From contig OZ244587.1 in the NCBI GenBank assembly GCA_965218095.1, positions 3,744,001 to 3,808,000 of the forward strand: a stretch of DNA of 64,000 nucleotides, in the 5' to 3' direction. The DNA comes from Candidatus Poribacteria bacterium. Lineage in GTDB: Bacteria; Poribacteria; WGA-4E; PCPOR2b. The notes beneath the pieces are model-generated. The model made no database searches and was not told the DNA's origin. It saw only the letters and a program-made list of their open reading frames with translations. A program made the translations under genes and the position numbers. This document shows positions 49,281 to 59,942 of this stretch, in pieces (position 1 is the first letter of the stretch; each line of letters opens with the position of its first letter).

Positions 49281-50346
49281 TCACCTTCGACACTGGCTCA
49301 AAAACACGCGATAAATCTCCTCAAACAATCTCACATCCGTCAGCGTATCCTCGCCGGAAGATTGGAACGGTTCATCACGCCGGACGTTCTCAATGAAGTG
49401 CTCGGCTTCTCGTCGGTAAGCCCACGTCCAACGCGACTTCGGGATTGGGCGTGAGATCTCCTGTTCCTCCCCCGCACGGTAGATCTCGACTTCTGCGGGA
49501 GTGTTTTTGAGGAGAAGTGGGGGCGACCATGTATGCACAACCATATTCAAAGTAGATCAGGGTATGCTCGTCCCACTGATAGTGCGAAACACTTCCCGTT
49601 TCGAGGGTCACGCGCAAACCTGCCATATCAAAGATTACAATGCCGGTGCGACCGTCATCGTCGAGATCGACGGATTTTACACGAACCCCATCCCCAGCAT
49701 CCAGAAACCAGCGCAGCAGGTTGATGTTGTGGGTGTACTGCTGCAAGTAACTCAAGTAAGGACCGGCCCATTCCGTCGGCAGCCATTCAGAGGCCTTTGC
49801 CGGCGCGGGTGGTTTCGGCTCGTCGGTAATCTCCATCGGCGTATCAAGGTTACAGACCCAATCGCCACCAAATCCGTGATTACGCATGTAGGTCAACCGT
49901 CCGAGTTTACCTGTTTTCCAAAACTGGTCAACTATGGACTTGACAAGTTCGTTACCGGCATCGTATCTTTTCATGTAACCGACCATCAACTTTTTGCCCG
50001 AGGCCTTCCCGGCGGCGACAATCGACTCCCCCTGCCCAACTGAGATAGCCATCGGCTTCTCCATGAAGACATGTTTGCCTGCGCGGAGCAGGTCTTTCGC
50101 AATCTCCCCTTGCAGGGCGAAGTCCGCAGAGACAGCGACAGCCTCGATTTCGAGGTCGCCTGCCAGTTCGATGTGATCTCTATAAAGGCGGGGAATTCGG
50201 TATCTCTCCTGCACGTTGCGGCCGAGTTTGGGTCGCACCTCCGCTAACCCGATGAGTTCACAATCGGGAATGCTGATCAAGTTCGGAATATGAACCTTTT
50301 GCGCCATGAAGCCGCAACCGACATAACCCAGTTTGACAGGTTCCAT
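49281..50346 (-). pseudogene. Gfo/Idh/MocA oxidoreductase with a frameshift near 49540
   Basis: VGCGFMA, HVFMEKPMA, VGYMKRYD; C-terminus HTWSPPLLLKN...AYRREAEHF lies in another frame. Confidence 0.85.
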
Positions 50347-50651
50347 AATTTTCGGAGCAGGGTTTCGCCTGCGCGTTTACTCCTTTTTCGATAGCGATCT
50401 GTTTTGACGTGAAAGTGTATCAAAGATTGGGGCGAGGATTAAGCGAAATTTGAATTGAAACTGTGTACTATCACACTAAACCTTTGAGAAATCTGTGCCA
50501 TGACTTTCTCGTGCCATAAAAAGGGGAAAATGAAACCCCGATAAATCGGAGCAGAGCCTGGTCTCGCGTAGCGAACTCCGCTCTGCAGACTCTCAGAACG
50601 GAGCTGTGATGCCTGAAACGTGAAGCCTTTTACGCAATACGCAACACGTTC

Positions 50652-50984
50652 TCAGCGGATGAAAGCACTGATGCTGGATTTTCTCACGCATTTAGTGATA
50701 ACACAGAATTTACCTAAAAATTTAACTGAAATTAACACCATGAACTCATTGCGGGTAGTTTCTTGGAAGTCTAATAGAGCGCAGCGAAGAATCTCCTTGT
50801 TAAGCCGAAAAGCGCAATTTCTAGCGGTGGGCAGTATAACACCCCTGGAATCAATGTGTACATTCTCAACATCTGACAGATATTCTTCATAGTCTGCCAA
50901 GCTATGCGTATCCCAAAATTCAGCCGCTTCCGCAATATTCTCGAAGTGTTCAAATATTTTCTTAGTGATGGCTGTGTCTTGCAT
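50652..50984 (-). pseudogene. Truncated CopG/BrnA-like antitoxin
   Basis: AGGAGA RBS; EAAEFWDTHSLADY motif, then divergence after about 46 aa; no toxin seen. Confidence 0.55.
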
Positions 50985-51058
50985 ATTGTCTCCTCTCCTT
51001 ACTGTCTATATCTGTGTCCTGTCAAGTTAAACTTTTATAAACATAGAGATTCGATATT

Positions 51059-51866
51059 ATGGCAAACATCTTCCACGTTGCTATCGGTTTTTATATTTTC
51101 AGTCAGATCCCAGAGCTCCCAGCGGAGCCTTTTGAAGAACGCATTCTGGTAGAACGGGTCCCGCCACCGCCAGTTAAGCTGAAGATCCATCCACGCGAGA
51201 TTCCAAGAGAGATATCCAGGGTTGCACGGGCGCAGCATAAAGCGTGATCCGTACTCATGACGAAGTTGAAACGGCAATCGCCCAAGCAGATTTCGGAAGT
51301 GACTAGTGACTGTGGATGAGCCGGAGATTGTACGGGAGAGCATCGCAATTCGCCGTGAAGTACCGATCAGCCAGATTCTGCCTGTTGCCACAGCATCCGC
51401 CAACTTTGAAGCAAAGGCAGAAGTTCGGGACACAATCGCCGCGCTAGTTGCAGCCCTGACGCTGGTCGCCGGACCCGGCGGCGGAATTATCACTGACCGC
51501 GTCGGCGCGGCGAGTGCTGGTGACACAGGAGAATTATCTAACGTGAACGTCTACGGCACGAACCTGCGGAGTGCGAGCGATTGGGGCGGGGTGTTGGGCG
51601 ATGAGTTTGCCGATTTCTGGGCGGGATTGGAACGCGCGTTAGAACTCAAAGCTGCCATCGTTGTGCTCATTTCGGACGGCGATCCGATTCGCGGCGGCAT
51701 CACCGCCCCGAATCAGATTCTGACATTGATCTGAGCGTACAACACCTCCCATGCGCGCATCATGACGGTCGCACTTAGACATGGGTATTCCGACAGTGGT
51801 GTACGGTTGTTGAAACGCCTCCTGGACGATTACAGGGGGCAGTTGCTGCTAATTGATTTGAGGTAA
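51059..51866 (+). pseudogene. Fragmented vWA-domain protein
   Basis: GTNL, GLERAL, VVLISDGDP, ARIMTVA, LLKRL motifs broken by stops and frameshifts. Confidence 0.6.
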
Positions 51867-51996
51867 TGCGTGAAACGTGATGAGTGATACGTAGAATGGG
51901 ATGGTTCACAATTCCGTTAACACTTCGGTTCAATCAACGAGGATATTGCATAGAACGTATTGCGTTTTGCGTGCAAATTAATAACCAATGGTGCTA

Positions 51997-52816
51997 GGTT
52001 CTGTTGACATTTCAAGGGAGCCATATAAGAGTGGCGACAAAGCTGAGAAATCCAAAATAACGGATAGCTAACTTCTCGAACCGAGAGAAGATGCGGCGAT
52101 ACCATTTTATCTTGTTAATGAAACATTCAACCCGATGTCTCTCTTTGTACAGATGTTTGTCGTAATCTCTTTGATCCACACGATGACTTTTGGGCGGTAT
52201 CACCGCAATCGCTCCATTCGCCTCAATAACCGCGATAAAATTGTCGGAGTCATATCCCTTGTCTCCAATCACATACTCGCTTTTATATCCAAGTATCAAC
52301 GCTTCTGCTTCTGCTATGTCGTTTCTTTGACCGGGTGTCAGATGTATTCTTAGTGGATTACCCAGGCCGTCAACGGTGATGTGAATTTTTGTACTGAATC
52401 CCCCGCGAGAGCAGCCTAACGCTTGGTTTTCAGTGCCACCCTTTTTTTTTCGGCACCCGCCGCACACGGGTGTGCTCGAATGATTGTACTGTCCACAATA
52501 AGCGACTCGATATCGGGGTCAGAGGCGAAGTGGGGGTGCATCTGTGTGAAGCCCCCTTTGTCGCACCACCGAGCAAACCGCTTATAGAGGGTGTTCCATT
52601 TACCATAGGTGTCTGGCAGAAGTCTCCATTGAGCACCGCTACGGGTCGCCCAGAGAACAGCTTCGATAAAGCGGCGTGTTGTCGCTTCGTTGCCAACATA
52701 GATGTTGGGACAAGTTAGAAGAAACGAGTATATCTTATTCCATTGGTCATCGGGTAAGGTTATTGGCATCATTCTTCTATTATGCCACAACCTTATACTC
52801 AAATGTCAACAGAACC
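51997..52816 (-). mobile_element. IS5-family element, copy 3 (apparently intact, -1 frameshift type)
   Basis: TIRs with CTAG targets; OrfA 52416-52802 and OrfB 52012-52467 overlap at an A-run plus GGG. Confidence 0.94.
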
Positions 52817-52844
52817 TAGTTCCTCAGAAGGTAGATGCCATGTA

Positions 52845-52880
52845 GTTTGTAGTAGCGCAATTCATTGCGCTACTACAAAC
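52845..52880. repeat. Perfect GTAG-containing palindrome (REP-like)
   Basis: GTTTGTAGTAGCGCAAT-TC-ATTGCGCTACTACAAAC. Confidence 0.8.
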
Positions 52881-53048
52881 CAAAAGTTAATAATTGTCAG
52901 GGACGATCTCAGGAAATATCAGATACGAAATACGAAATACAAATTGACAGGCGACGGGATTTTTTTCAAATCGTGCAAAAAGTATCAGCCGAACTTTCCA
53001 AGAAAATGAACCATCCCGTTTTAGCTTCGCGCATCCTGTATCAAGAAC

Positions 53049-54086
53049 TTACTGACACAAATGCACTTTGATTGCGCCGAATCGCTTATCAGCAGCAATC
53101 TTGAACGCTTCAGCGACATCAGTCAGTGGAAACCGATGGGTAACTAACTTTGTTGCATCTACCTTGCCTGACGTGATGAGATTGATGGCGGCCTCAAAAT
53201 CGGTGTCCATACCAGTGTAGCCGTAACAGTTGGAGCCGGTGATAATCGCCTCCGACCAGACGACACGACTCAAGTTCACCTCCAACGGCTTGTAATAGCC
53301 TGCGACAAGCACGACAACCCCACATGGTCGAACCATCTCCATCGCAGCATCAAAGTTTTGTCCGCCGCCGACGGTTTCAAGCACAGCGTCCATGCCAAGC
53401 CCACCTGTCAAGTCGTTCACATATTCTTTGGGATCAGTTTCGTCGATATGAACCACATAATCAGCGCCCAATTCTTTCGCGAGTTGAGCTTGCTGGTCAT
53501 ACTTGACGGTGATTAAAGTCTCTTTGACACCGGCCGCTCTTGCGGCTGCTAGGCAAAACTGCCCGGTTATCCCACCGCCAATGATTGCAACGCCATCCTG
53601 ATAGGTCGCGCCGGCCTGCCCCACTGCGCGGTAGGAGACCGCAAGCGGCTCAACCAGAGCTCCCCCTTCAAAACTCATGCTTTGTGGCAGCTTAAAGAGC
53701 CCCGAAGCGTGGGCAACTGTGTACTCCGCGAAGCCGCTGTGTGTGTTGTGCGAAACCCCTTTGCGCTCGAGGCAGTGGTTGTAATAGCCTTTTCGGCAGT
53801 AGACGCAACGCCCGCAGTGTGAAAAACATTCAATAGCAACTTTATCACCCGGTTGAAATTGTGTAACGCCTTCACCAAGCTCGACAACGACGCCACACGT
53901 CTCGTGACCGGCGGCAAGGGTACGCGATTGATCCCAGTGACCAAAATAGCTATGTAGATCGCTGCCGCAAATCCCCGTTTGCCTGGTGTCAATCGTGACA
54001 TACCCCGGTCCTGGGGGAGTGCGTTCGACCTCCTGGATGCTAATCTGTTGAACATCTGTATAAATTGCGGCTTTCATTTTGCTCAT
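53049..54086 (-). CDS. Zinc-dependent alcohol dehydrogenase (MDR family)
   Basis: GICGSDLH, GHE, CGRCVYCRKGYYNHC, LVEPLAV; GGAGGA RBS before MSKMK. Confidence 0.94.
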   Translation of the reverse strand: MSKMKAAIYTDVQQISIQEVERTPPGPGYVTIDTRQTGICGSDLHSYFGHWDQSRTLAAGHETCGVVVELGEGVTQFQPGDKVAIECFSHCGRCVYCRKGYYNHCLERKGVSHNTHSGFAEYTVAHASGLFKLPQSMSFEGGALVEPLAVSYRAVGQAGATYQDGVAIIGGGITGQFCLAAARAAGVKETLITVKYDQQAQLAKELGADYVVHIDETDPKEYVNDLTGGLGMDAVLETVGGGQNFDAAMEMVRPCGVVVLVAGYYKPLEVNLSRVVWSEAIITGSNCYGYTGMDTDFEAAINLITSGKVDATKLVTHRFPLTDVAEAFKIAADKRFGAIKVHLCQ

Positions 54087-54133
54087 GGGAATTCCTCCTT
54101 TAAGCATAGAGCTCACCTGAGTCAAGTTTGATT

Positions 54134-54168
54134 AAACCTTACGAAGGTTTGAAACCTTCGCAAGGTTG
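54134..54168. repeat. REP-like palindrome family (related copies near 30522 and 47957)
   Basis: AACCTTACGAAGGTTTGAAACCTTCGCAAGGTT; AACCTCCCGAAGGTTCTAAACCTTCGGAA; AGCCTTGCGAGGATTTCAAACCTGTGCAAAGTT. Confidence 0.7.
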
Positions 54169-54174
54169 GAGTCA

Positions 54175-55548
54175 TTACGTTTCACGTTGGATGTTATACC
54201 GTCGCATTTTGCGATGCAGGTTGGTACGCTCAATGCCAAGTTGTTTGGCGGTCTCAGTGATGTTCCAATTGTTTGCCTGGAGGCGGTTTTGGATAAAATG
54301 GCTCTCGAATTCGTTCCTTGCCTCTCTAAGCTGGGGCTCTGTACTGATTTGGGGTTCCTCTCCCCTGCGAAAGAGTTCTGCAGGCAGATCTTCCAGCCCG
54401 ATTGTTTCGTGTGGACACAAGATGACAAGCCGTTCGATCAGGTTGCGAAGTTCGCGGACATTGCCGGGCCAATCATACTTGCTCAGAACTTGCAGCGTAT
54501 CCTCGCTCATCCGCATCTGCGGTTTTCGATTTTCTTGGGAGAATCGATCCAAAAAGTAATCAATGAGCAAAGGGAAATCTGCAACCCGTTGACGCAAAGA
54601 CGGAATATGAATGGGCACAACGTTCAACCGGAAGTAGAGATCTTCACGAAAATTGCCGGCCTGAATCTCATCCCGCAAGTTTTTGTTCGTTGCGGAAATA
54701 ACGCGGACATCAACGCGAATGCTCTGTCCTCCGCCAACCCGCTCAAACTCCTGTTCTTCAAGAACACGAAGGACCTTCGCCTGGGTTGATGGACTCATAT
54801 CGCCGATCTCGTCGAGGAAAATTGTGCCGCCATCAGCCTGCTCGAATTTCCCAATGCGTCGACCCGATGCACCGGTAAAGGCACCGCGTTCATGCCCGAA
54901 AAGTTCCGCTTCAATGAGATCTCCGGGGATGGCTGCACAGTTGACTTTGACAAAAGCGGCTTTATGACGTGGACTAAGTTCATGAATCGCATAAGCGACC
55001 AATTCCTTCCCGGTGCCGCTGTCACCGGCGATGAGGACACGCCCATTCGTCGGAGCAATCTGCCGAATTGTCGCCAAGATCTCCTGCATAGGCGGGCTAT
55101 CCCCGATAATCGGGCGTTCAAAACCGCTGCTTTCCCCCAATGGATTTAGATGTCTGATTTCAATCTTCTGAGCCGCTTCTTCCACCCTATCCAGCACGGT
55201 GTCCAGCGAAAGGGGTTTCCCCAGAAAGTCGAGTGCGCCAAGCTGTCCCGCCTCCAATGCGAGTTCAAATGTACCGTGGCCGGTGATTATGATGACTTCT
55301 ATATCAGGGAACAGTTGTTTAATCCGCCGTAGTGTTTCGATTCCGTCAATGCCGCCAAGCATCAGAATGTCCAGAAACACCAGATCAATCTGCTCGCCTG
55401 CGAGGAGACGAATTCCCTCCTCCCCACTGAGGGCAGTCGCAACGCTGTACTCTTCATCCTCTAAGATACCCTGCAGGGATTCGCAAATGCTGGCTTCATC
55501 GTCGATGATTAAGATGTTTGGTTTGAATTGTTGCTTCATAATTTCCAA
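54175..55548 (-). CDS. Sigma54-dependent response regulator, NtrX/NtrC family
   Basis: Receiver IIDDE / FLDILM, GDSGTGKE, GAFTGA, FLDEIGDM, WPGNVREL, Fis-type HTH. Confidence 0.95.
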   Translation of the reverse strand: MEIMKQQFKPNILIIDDEASICESLQGILEDEEYSVATALSGEEGIRLLAGEQIDLVFLDILMLGGIDGIETLRRIKQLFPDIEVIIITGHGTFELALEAGQLGALDFLGKPLSLDTVLDRVEEAAQKIEIRHLNPLGESSGFERPIIGDSPPMQEILATIRQIAPTNGRVLIAGDSGTGKELVAYAIHELSPRHKAAFVKVNCAAIPGDLIEAELFGHERGAFTGASGRRIGKFEQADGGTIFLDEIGDMSPSTQAKVLRVLEEQEFERVGGGQSIRVDVRVISATNKNLRDEIQAGNFREDLYFRLNVVPIHIPSLRQRVADFPLLIDYFLDRFSQENRKPQMRMSEDTLQVLSKYDWPGNVRELRNLIERLVILCPHETIGLEDLPAELFRRGEEPQISTEPQLREARNEFESHFIQNRLQANNWNITETAKQLGIERTNLHRKMRRYNIQRET

Positions 55549-55770
55549 CGTTTATGATAAACACTAGGAGGTATTCATTCTAGCCACTATTCAGTCGCAG
55601 AGTAGGAGGGGCATTATAAACATAAACTTTTGAGAATCCGCATCGGAACTGGAAAATTAACCTCTGAACTCAAATTCCGTATCGTGTTCTTGATACATGA
55701 AATGGAGCAGATTTTCTTACGCATTTAGTGATAGAACACCATCCCCCTTTCCCGCATGGAAAACAAGTGC

Positions 55771-57429
55771 TCAAGCTGCCCTCAACCACAGCGCAAAAGT
55801 CGTGCCGACTTGATCTGACTGAGCCTCCTCAAGACGAATGTCCCCGCCAAGATCTGTGAGGACCTTTTTGACGATTGCCAAACCTAGACCCATGCCCTCT
55901 TTCTTGGTAGAAAGGTGGGGTGTAAACAGTTTCGGTCGGACTTCGCGCGGGATGCCCTTTCCGGTATCGGTGAACTGCACGAACACCTTGGATTGATCCG
56001 CTGATGTAGAAGCGCGAATCGTCAACCGACCTTTTCGCCCCTCTCCCTTGATGGGAGAGGGGTTGGGGGTGAGGGTGTCAAATTCCTCCGACATAGCTTC
56101 CAGTGCGTTTTTGATGAGGTTGAGAAATGCGCGTCTGAGGTAGTCTGCATCGGCGATGACAGGTGGGAGATCGGGCGGGAAATCGATCTGACAATCGATA
56201 TACGCAGGGAGCTCCCCGAAAAGATCCAATGTTACGTCAAGCGTCTCACGTAAGTTGATGGGGGAAAACTGAGGCACTGGCATCCTGGCAAGCAGAGAGA
56301 ACTCATCAAGGAGGTGTCGCAATCCCTCAACTTCGGCGATGATGGTTTGCGTGCAGCGATCCAGGATTTCCGCGAAGCCGTCAGGATTATTACGGTAACG
56401 GCGCTGCAAGCGTTGGGCGGACAACTGAATCGGTGTCAGTGGGTTCTTGATCTCATGCGCCAATTTTTGGGCGATGTCCTGCCACGCCGCAATTTTTTCC
56501 GCACGCTTTAATTCCTCAGTACGCAACTTGAGGTCAAAAACCATCCGGTTAAAGGCGTTGGCTAAAATGGCAAACTCATCATCAGTTTGTACTTCAACCC
56601 TGTAATTGAGGTTTCCATCAGAGATCTGCTCCGTGCCAGTAACAAGCGACCGGATCGGCATGTTAATTCCTTTAGCGAGGAGCTTACTGGCCCAAAAGGC
56701 AACCCCAACAATCGAAGCTGCCGTAATCAACAGGGCGATAAAAGTTGCACGTGTTTCCGTTCGGCGATATTCCGTCCCTTCCTCGTCAATATTCGTTGAC
56801 AACATGTCGATCTTTCGCTGGATTGCCGCCCACTGTTCACGCATCTGGGTTGGCGTCATTGGCATGGATTTCCCGACGACGATAGTGCCTAAACGCTGCT
56901 GTCCGTCTTCCGAAAAAGCTGGCATCCCGCACATCAAAAACCCTTGATTTTCCAACGCATCCGAAATTGTCGGGGCATCCGGTAACTGATCCAACGGGTC
57001 CAAAAAATCGGTGAGGTTTGCTGGCGGCAAGTTCGGATCAGTGCTGAATACTCTATTTCCCGCTCGATCATAAACGGCGATGAGATAACTGTCGTAGGCA
57101 TCGGCAAGTTCAACCGCGCGCGTCTTGACAGCTTCGAGGTCGAACCGATCTAACGCAGCAACCAGGTCGAAGTCGACAGCCAACATCTCAGCGGCATCCG
57201 TCAACGGCCCGGTCTCATGAAGCCCAAGGTTATAAGCCAATTCCTTCGCATCGTTTACAGTCGCCGCAGAATCCTCAAGCGTCAGCGCAATCTGATGGTT
57301 CGCCCACCGTTCTACGCTCCGACTAATCAAATGGTAGGAAACGAGGACAAGTACAACGGTTGGCAACAGCGCCATCCCTGCAAAAATAACCATCAGCTTG
57401 CGTTGAAACGTCAGGCGATTGAGGAGCAT
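55771..57429 (-). CDS. NtrY-like HAMP sensor histidine kinase
   Basis: Two TM helices, HAMP, AAWQDIAQKLAHEIKNPLTPIQLSAQRL, NLIKNALEA, DTGKG, GMGLGLAIV. Confidence 0.94.
   Translation of the reverse strand: MLLNRLTFQRKLMVIFAGMALLPTVVLVLVSYHLISRSVERWANHQIALTLEDSAATVNDAKELAYNLGLHETGPLTDAAEMLAVDFDLVAALDRFDLEAVKTRAVELADAYDSYLIAVYDRAGNRVFSTDPNLPPANLTDFLDPLDQLPDAPTISDALENQGFLMCGMPAFSEDGQQRLGTIVVGKSMPMTPTQMREQWAAIQRKIDMLSTNIDEEGTEYRRTETRATFIALLITAASIVGVAFWASKLLAKGINMPIRSLVTGTEQISDGNLNYRVEVQTDDEFAILANAFNRMVFDLKLRTEELKRAEKIAAWQDIAQKLAHEIKNPLTPIQLSAQRLQRRYRNNPDGFAEILDRCTQTIIAEVEGLRHLLDEFSLLARMPVPQFSPINLRETLDVTLDLFGELPAYIDCQIDFPPDLPPVIADADYLRRAFLNLIKNALEAMSEEFDTLTPNPSPIKGEGRKGRLTIRASTSADQSKVFVQFTDTGKGIPREVRPKLFTPHLSTKKEGMGLGLAIVKKVLTDLGGDIRLEEAQSDQVGTTFALWLRAA
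56038..56076. repeat. 39-bp REP-like palindrome in frame within the kinase HATPase domain
   Basis: CCCCTCTCCCTTGATGGGAGAGGGGTTGGGGGTGAGGGT, encoding TLTPNPSPIKGEG. Confidence 0.85.
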
Positions 57430-57517
57430 AAGGCGTCATAGAACCTTTCATCGGAGCGCGCCTACTCGACCGGCGCTTGACCCAAATTGAAAGAATCAAA
57501 ATTTAGGTGCTTATGGT

Positions 57518-57952
57518 CTAACTATTATCGTCATCGTCGTCATCATCACCGCCATCTCGATTCCCGCTCCGGATGCGGTCCAATGCTTGAGCGGCCTGAA
57601 AAGGAACATGATGACTGTCGTCACGCAAAGCTTTTATCAACGCAGGAACTGCCGCCGGATCTCGAATATTACCCAATGCAAGCGCCGCATTGCTGGCAAT
57701 CAACCGGTCGTTTAAGGCTTCTATCAACGCAGGTATCGCCCTTGGATCACCAATCTGTCTCAATGCACCAGCGGCACTTTCGCGAACCCGTTCGTCGTCA
57801 TCGTTCAAGGCCGCTATCAGTGGCGCTACGGCGAACGCCGGCAGATTGTAATGATCATCATCAGCTAGAGCGCAAGCCGCGTTCATACGAACGGCGCTAT
57901 CGTCGTCTCCAAGTTCCTTGAGTAACCCTTCTACCTCAGCCGGATCTGCCAT
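57518..57952 (-). CDS. HEAT/PBS-lyase repeat protein with acidic tail
   Basis: VRMNAACALA, VRESAAGALRQIGDPRAIPALIEAL, AALALGNIRDPAAVPALIKAL; start uncertain, the IS lies just upstream. Confidence 0.8.
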   Translation of the reverse strand: MADPAEVEGLLKELGDDDSAVRMNAACALADDDHYNLPAFAVAPLIAALNDDDERVRESAAGALRQIGDPRAIPALIEALNDRLIASNAALALGNIRDPAAVPALIKALRDDSHHVPFQAAQALDRIRSGNRDGGDDDDDDDNS

Positions 57953-57975
57953 ACCATTGTTAACGACTTGTGCTA

Positions 57976-58796
57976 GGTTCTGTTGACATTTCAAGGGAGC
58001 CATATAAGAGTGGAGACAAAGCTGAGAAATCCAAAATAACGGATAGATAACTTCTCGAACCGAGAGAAGATGCGGCGATACCATCTTTATCTTGTTAATG
58101 AAACATTCAACCCGATGTCTCTCTTTGTACAGATGTTTGTTGTAATCTCTTTGATCCACACGATGACTTTTGGGCGGTATCACCGCAATCGCTCCATTCG
58201 CCTCAATAACCGCGATAAAATTGTCGGAGTCATATCCCTTGTCTCCAATCACATACTCACTTTTATATCCAAGTATCAACGCTTCTGCTTCCGCTATGTC
58301 GTTTCTTTGACCGGGTGTCAGATGTATTCTTAGGGGATTACCCAGGCCGTCAACTGTGATGTGATTTTTTGTACTGAATCCCCCGCGAGAGCAGCCTAAC
58401 GCTTGGTTTTCAGTGCCACCCTTTTTTTTAAGGCGCCCGCCGCACACGGGTGAGCGTGGCAGATGGTACTGTCCACAATAAGCGACTCGATATCGGGGTC
58501 GGCGGCGAAGTGGTGGTGCATCTGTGTGAAGCCCCCTTTGTCGCACCATCGTGCAAACCGCTTGTAGCGGGTGTTCCATTTACCATAGGTGTCTGGCAGA
58601 ATCCGCCATTGAGCACCGCTACGGGTCGCCTAGAGAACCGCTTCGATAAAGCGGCGTGTTGTCGCTTCGTTGCCAACATAGATGTTGGGACAAGTTAGAA
58701 GAAACGAGTATATCTTTTTCCATTGGTCATCGGGTAAGGTTATTGGCATCATTCTTCTATTATGCCACAACCTTATACTCAAATGTCAACAGAACC
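57976..58796 (-). mobile_element. IS5-family element, copy 4
   Basis: Same TIRs; 1-bp insertion near 58086 lets OrfB read through the TIR; TAG in OrfA. Confidence 0.93.
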
Positions 58797-59064
58797 TAGT
58801 TACTGGCTTAAATCAACCGCAGAGGCGCAGAGTGCGCAGAGTTTTTTAATTCTTCTCTGTGTTCTCTGCGTTAAATAAGCGTGTTACGACTTATTGCGAA
58901 ATGTCAAGCCTTAATCTACTTATTGCGTATAAATATCACCGAGAATATACATATCCGCGACTAAAAATTAATGCACCGTCCCCTTCTGGAAATCGGTGAT
59001 AATGTCCGGAAAACCTGCTAAATAGGATAGCATTGCCGGTGGCTTCTGTCAATACCTATTTCAG

Positions 59065-59092
59065 TTGAATTTCTTTGGCGGTGTGATATAAT
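59065..59092 (+). promoter_or_regulatory. Putative sigma70 promoter of the ABC ATPase gene
   Basis: TTGAAT-16 nt-TATAAT with TGn extension. Confidence 0.55.
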
Positions 59093-59147
59093 ACGCGAAG
59101 CGTAAAACGTGAGACTTACAGCGACTTCGGATTTCCTTTTTGCAGAG

Positions 59148-59906
59148 ATGATTACAACAACAGATCTGACCAAATGTTTCGGCAAACTCACCGCCGTGGA
59201 TCGCTTGACAATGCAGGTCGAAGCGGGCGAGCTCTTCGGCTTCCTCGGTCCCAACGGCGCCGGAAAGACCACAACCATCAACATGCTGACAGGCTTGATC
59301 CGTCCAACGTCCGGTGCAGCGACGGTTTGCGGCTATGATGTCCAAACTCAGGCGCTGCAGGTGAAGGCAACCACGGGACTCATGCCTGATGTTCCCCACC
59401 TCTACGAAACCTTGACGGGGAGGCAGTTTGTCCGCTTCATTGCTGACCTCTACGAGGTTGACGTCAAGCGATCTGAGCCACGGATGGAAGAATTGCTGGA
59501 GGTGTTTGATCTCACCGATGCCGCAGATGCGCTCATTAAAAGCTATTCCTACGGTATGCAGAAGAAAATCCTTTTGACAGCCGTCTTGGTACATGAGCCG
59601 CGTGTCCTATTTCTTGACGAACCGACGAGCGGGCTTGATCCCAAAAGCGCCCGCACAGCAAAGGAGATCCTACGTGCTCTCTGCGATCGAGGTTGTACGG
59701 TGTTCATGACGACACACATCCTTGAGATTGCGGAGCGGGTATGTGATCGGATCGGCATCATTAACGAAGGGAAACTTGTTGCGGTCGGAACAATGGACGA
59801 ACTGCGTCAGAGCAATACAGCGACAGATATGAATCTGGAAGACATCTTTCTCGAACTTACAGACAGCGTTGAACACAAGGAGATGGTGAGGTTTTTAACG
59901 GAATAG
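59148..59906 (+). CDS. ABC transporter ATP-binding protein
   Basis: GPNGAGKTT, YSYGMQKK, LFLDEPTSGLDP, TTH. Confidence 0.94.
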   Translation: MITTTDLTKCFGKLTAVDRLTMQVEAGELFGFLGPNGAGKTTTINMLTGLIRPTSGAATVCGYDVQTQALQVKATTGLMPDVPHLYETLTGRQFVRFIADLYEVDVKRSEPRMEELLEVFDLTDAADALIKSYSYGMQKKILLTAVLVHEPRVLFLDEPTSGLDPKSARTAKEILRALCDRGCTVFMTTHILEIAERVCDRIGIINEGKLVAVGTMDELRQSNTATDMNLEDIFLELTDSVEHKEMVRFLTE

Positions 59907-59942
59907 TTCCCCGTGAAACCTGAAACATGAAGAGGAAGAATA

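Noticed and set aside
50675-50700. 24-bp match GATTTTCTYACGCATTTAGTGATA shared with about 55710
   Set aside because: Only two copies and no clear structure; probably a repeat end, not interpretable here.
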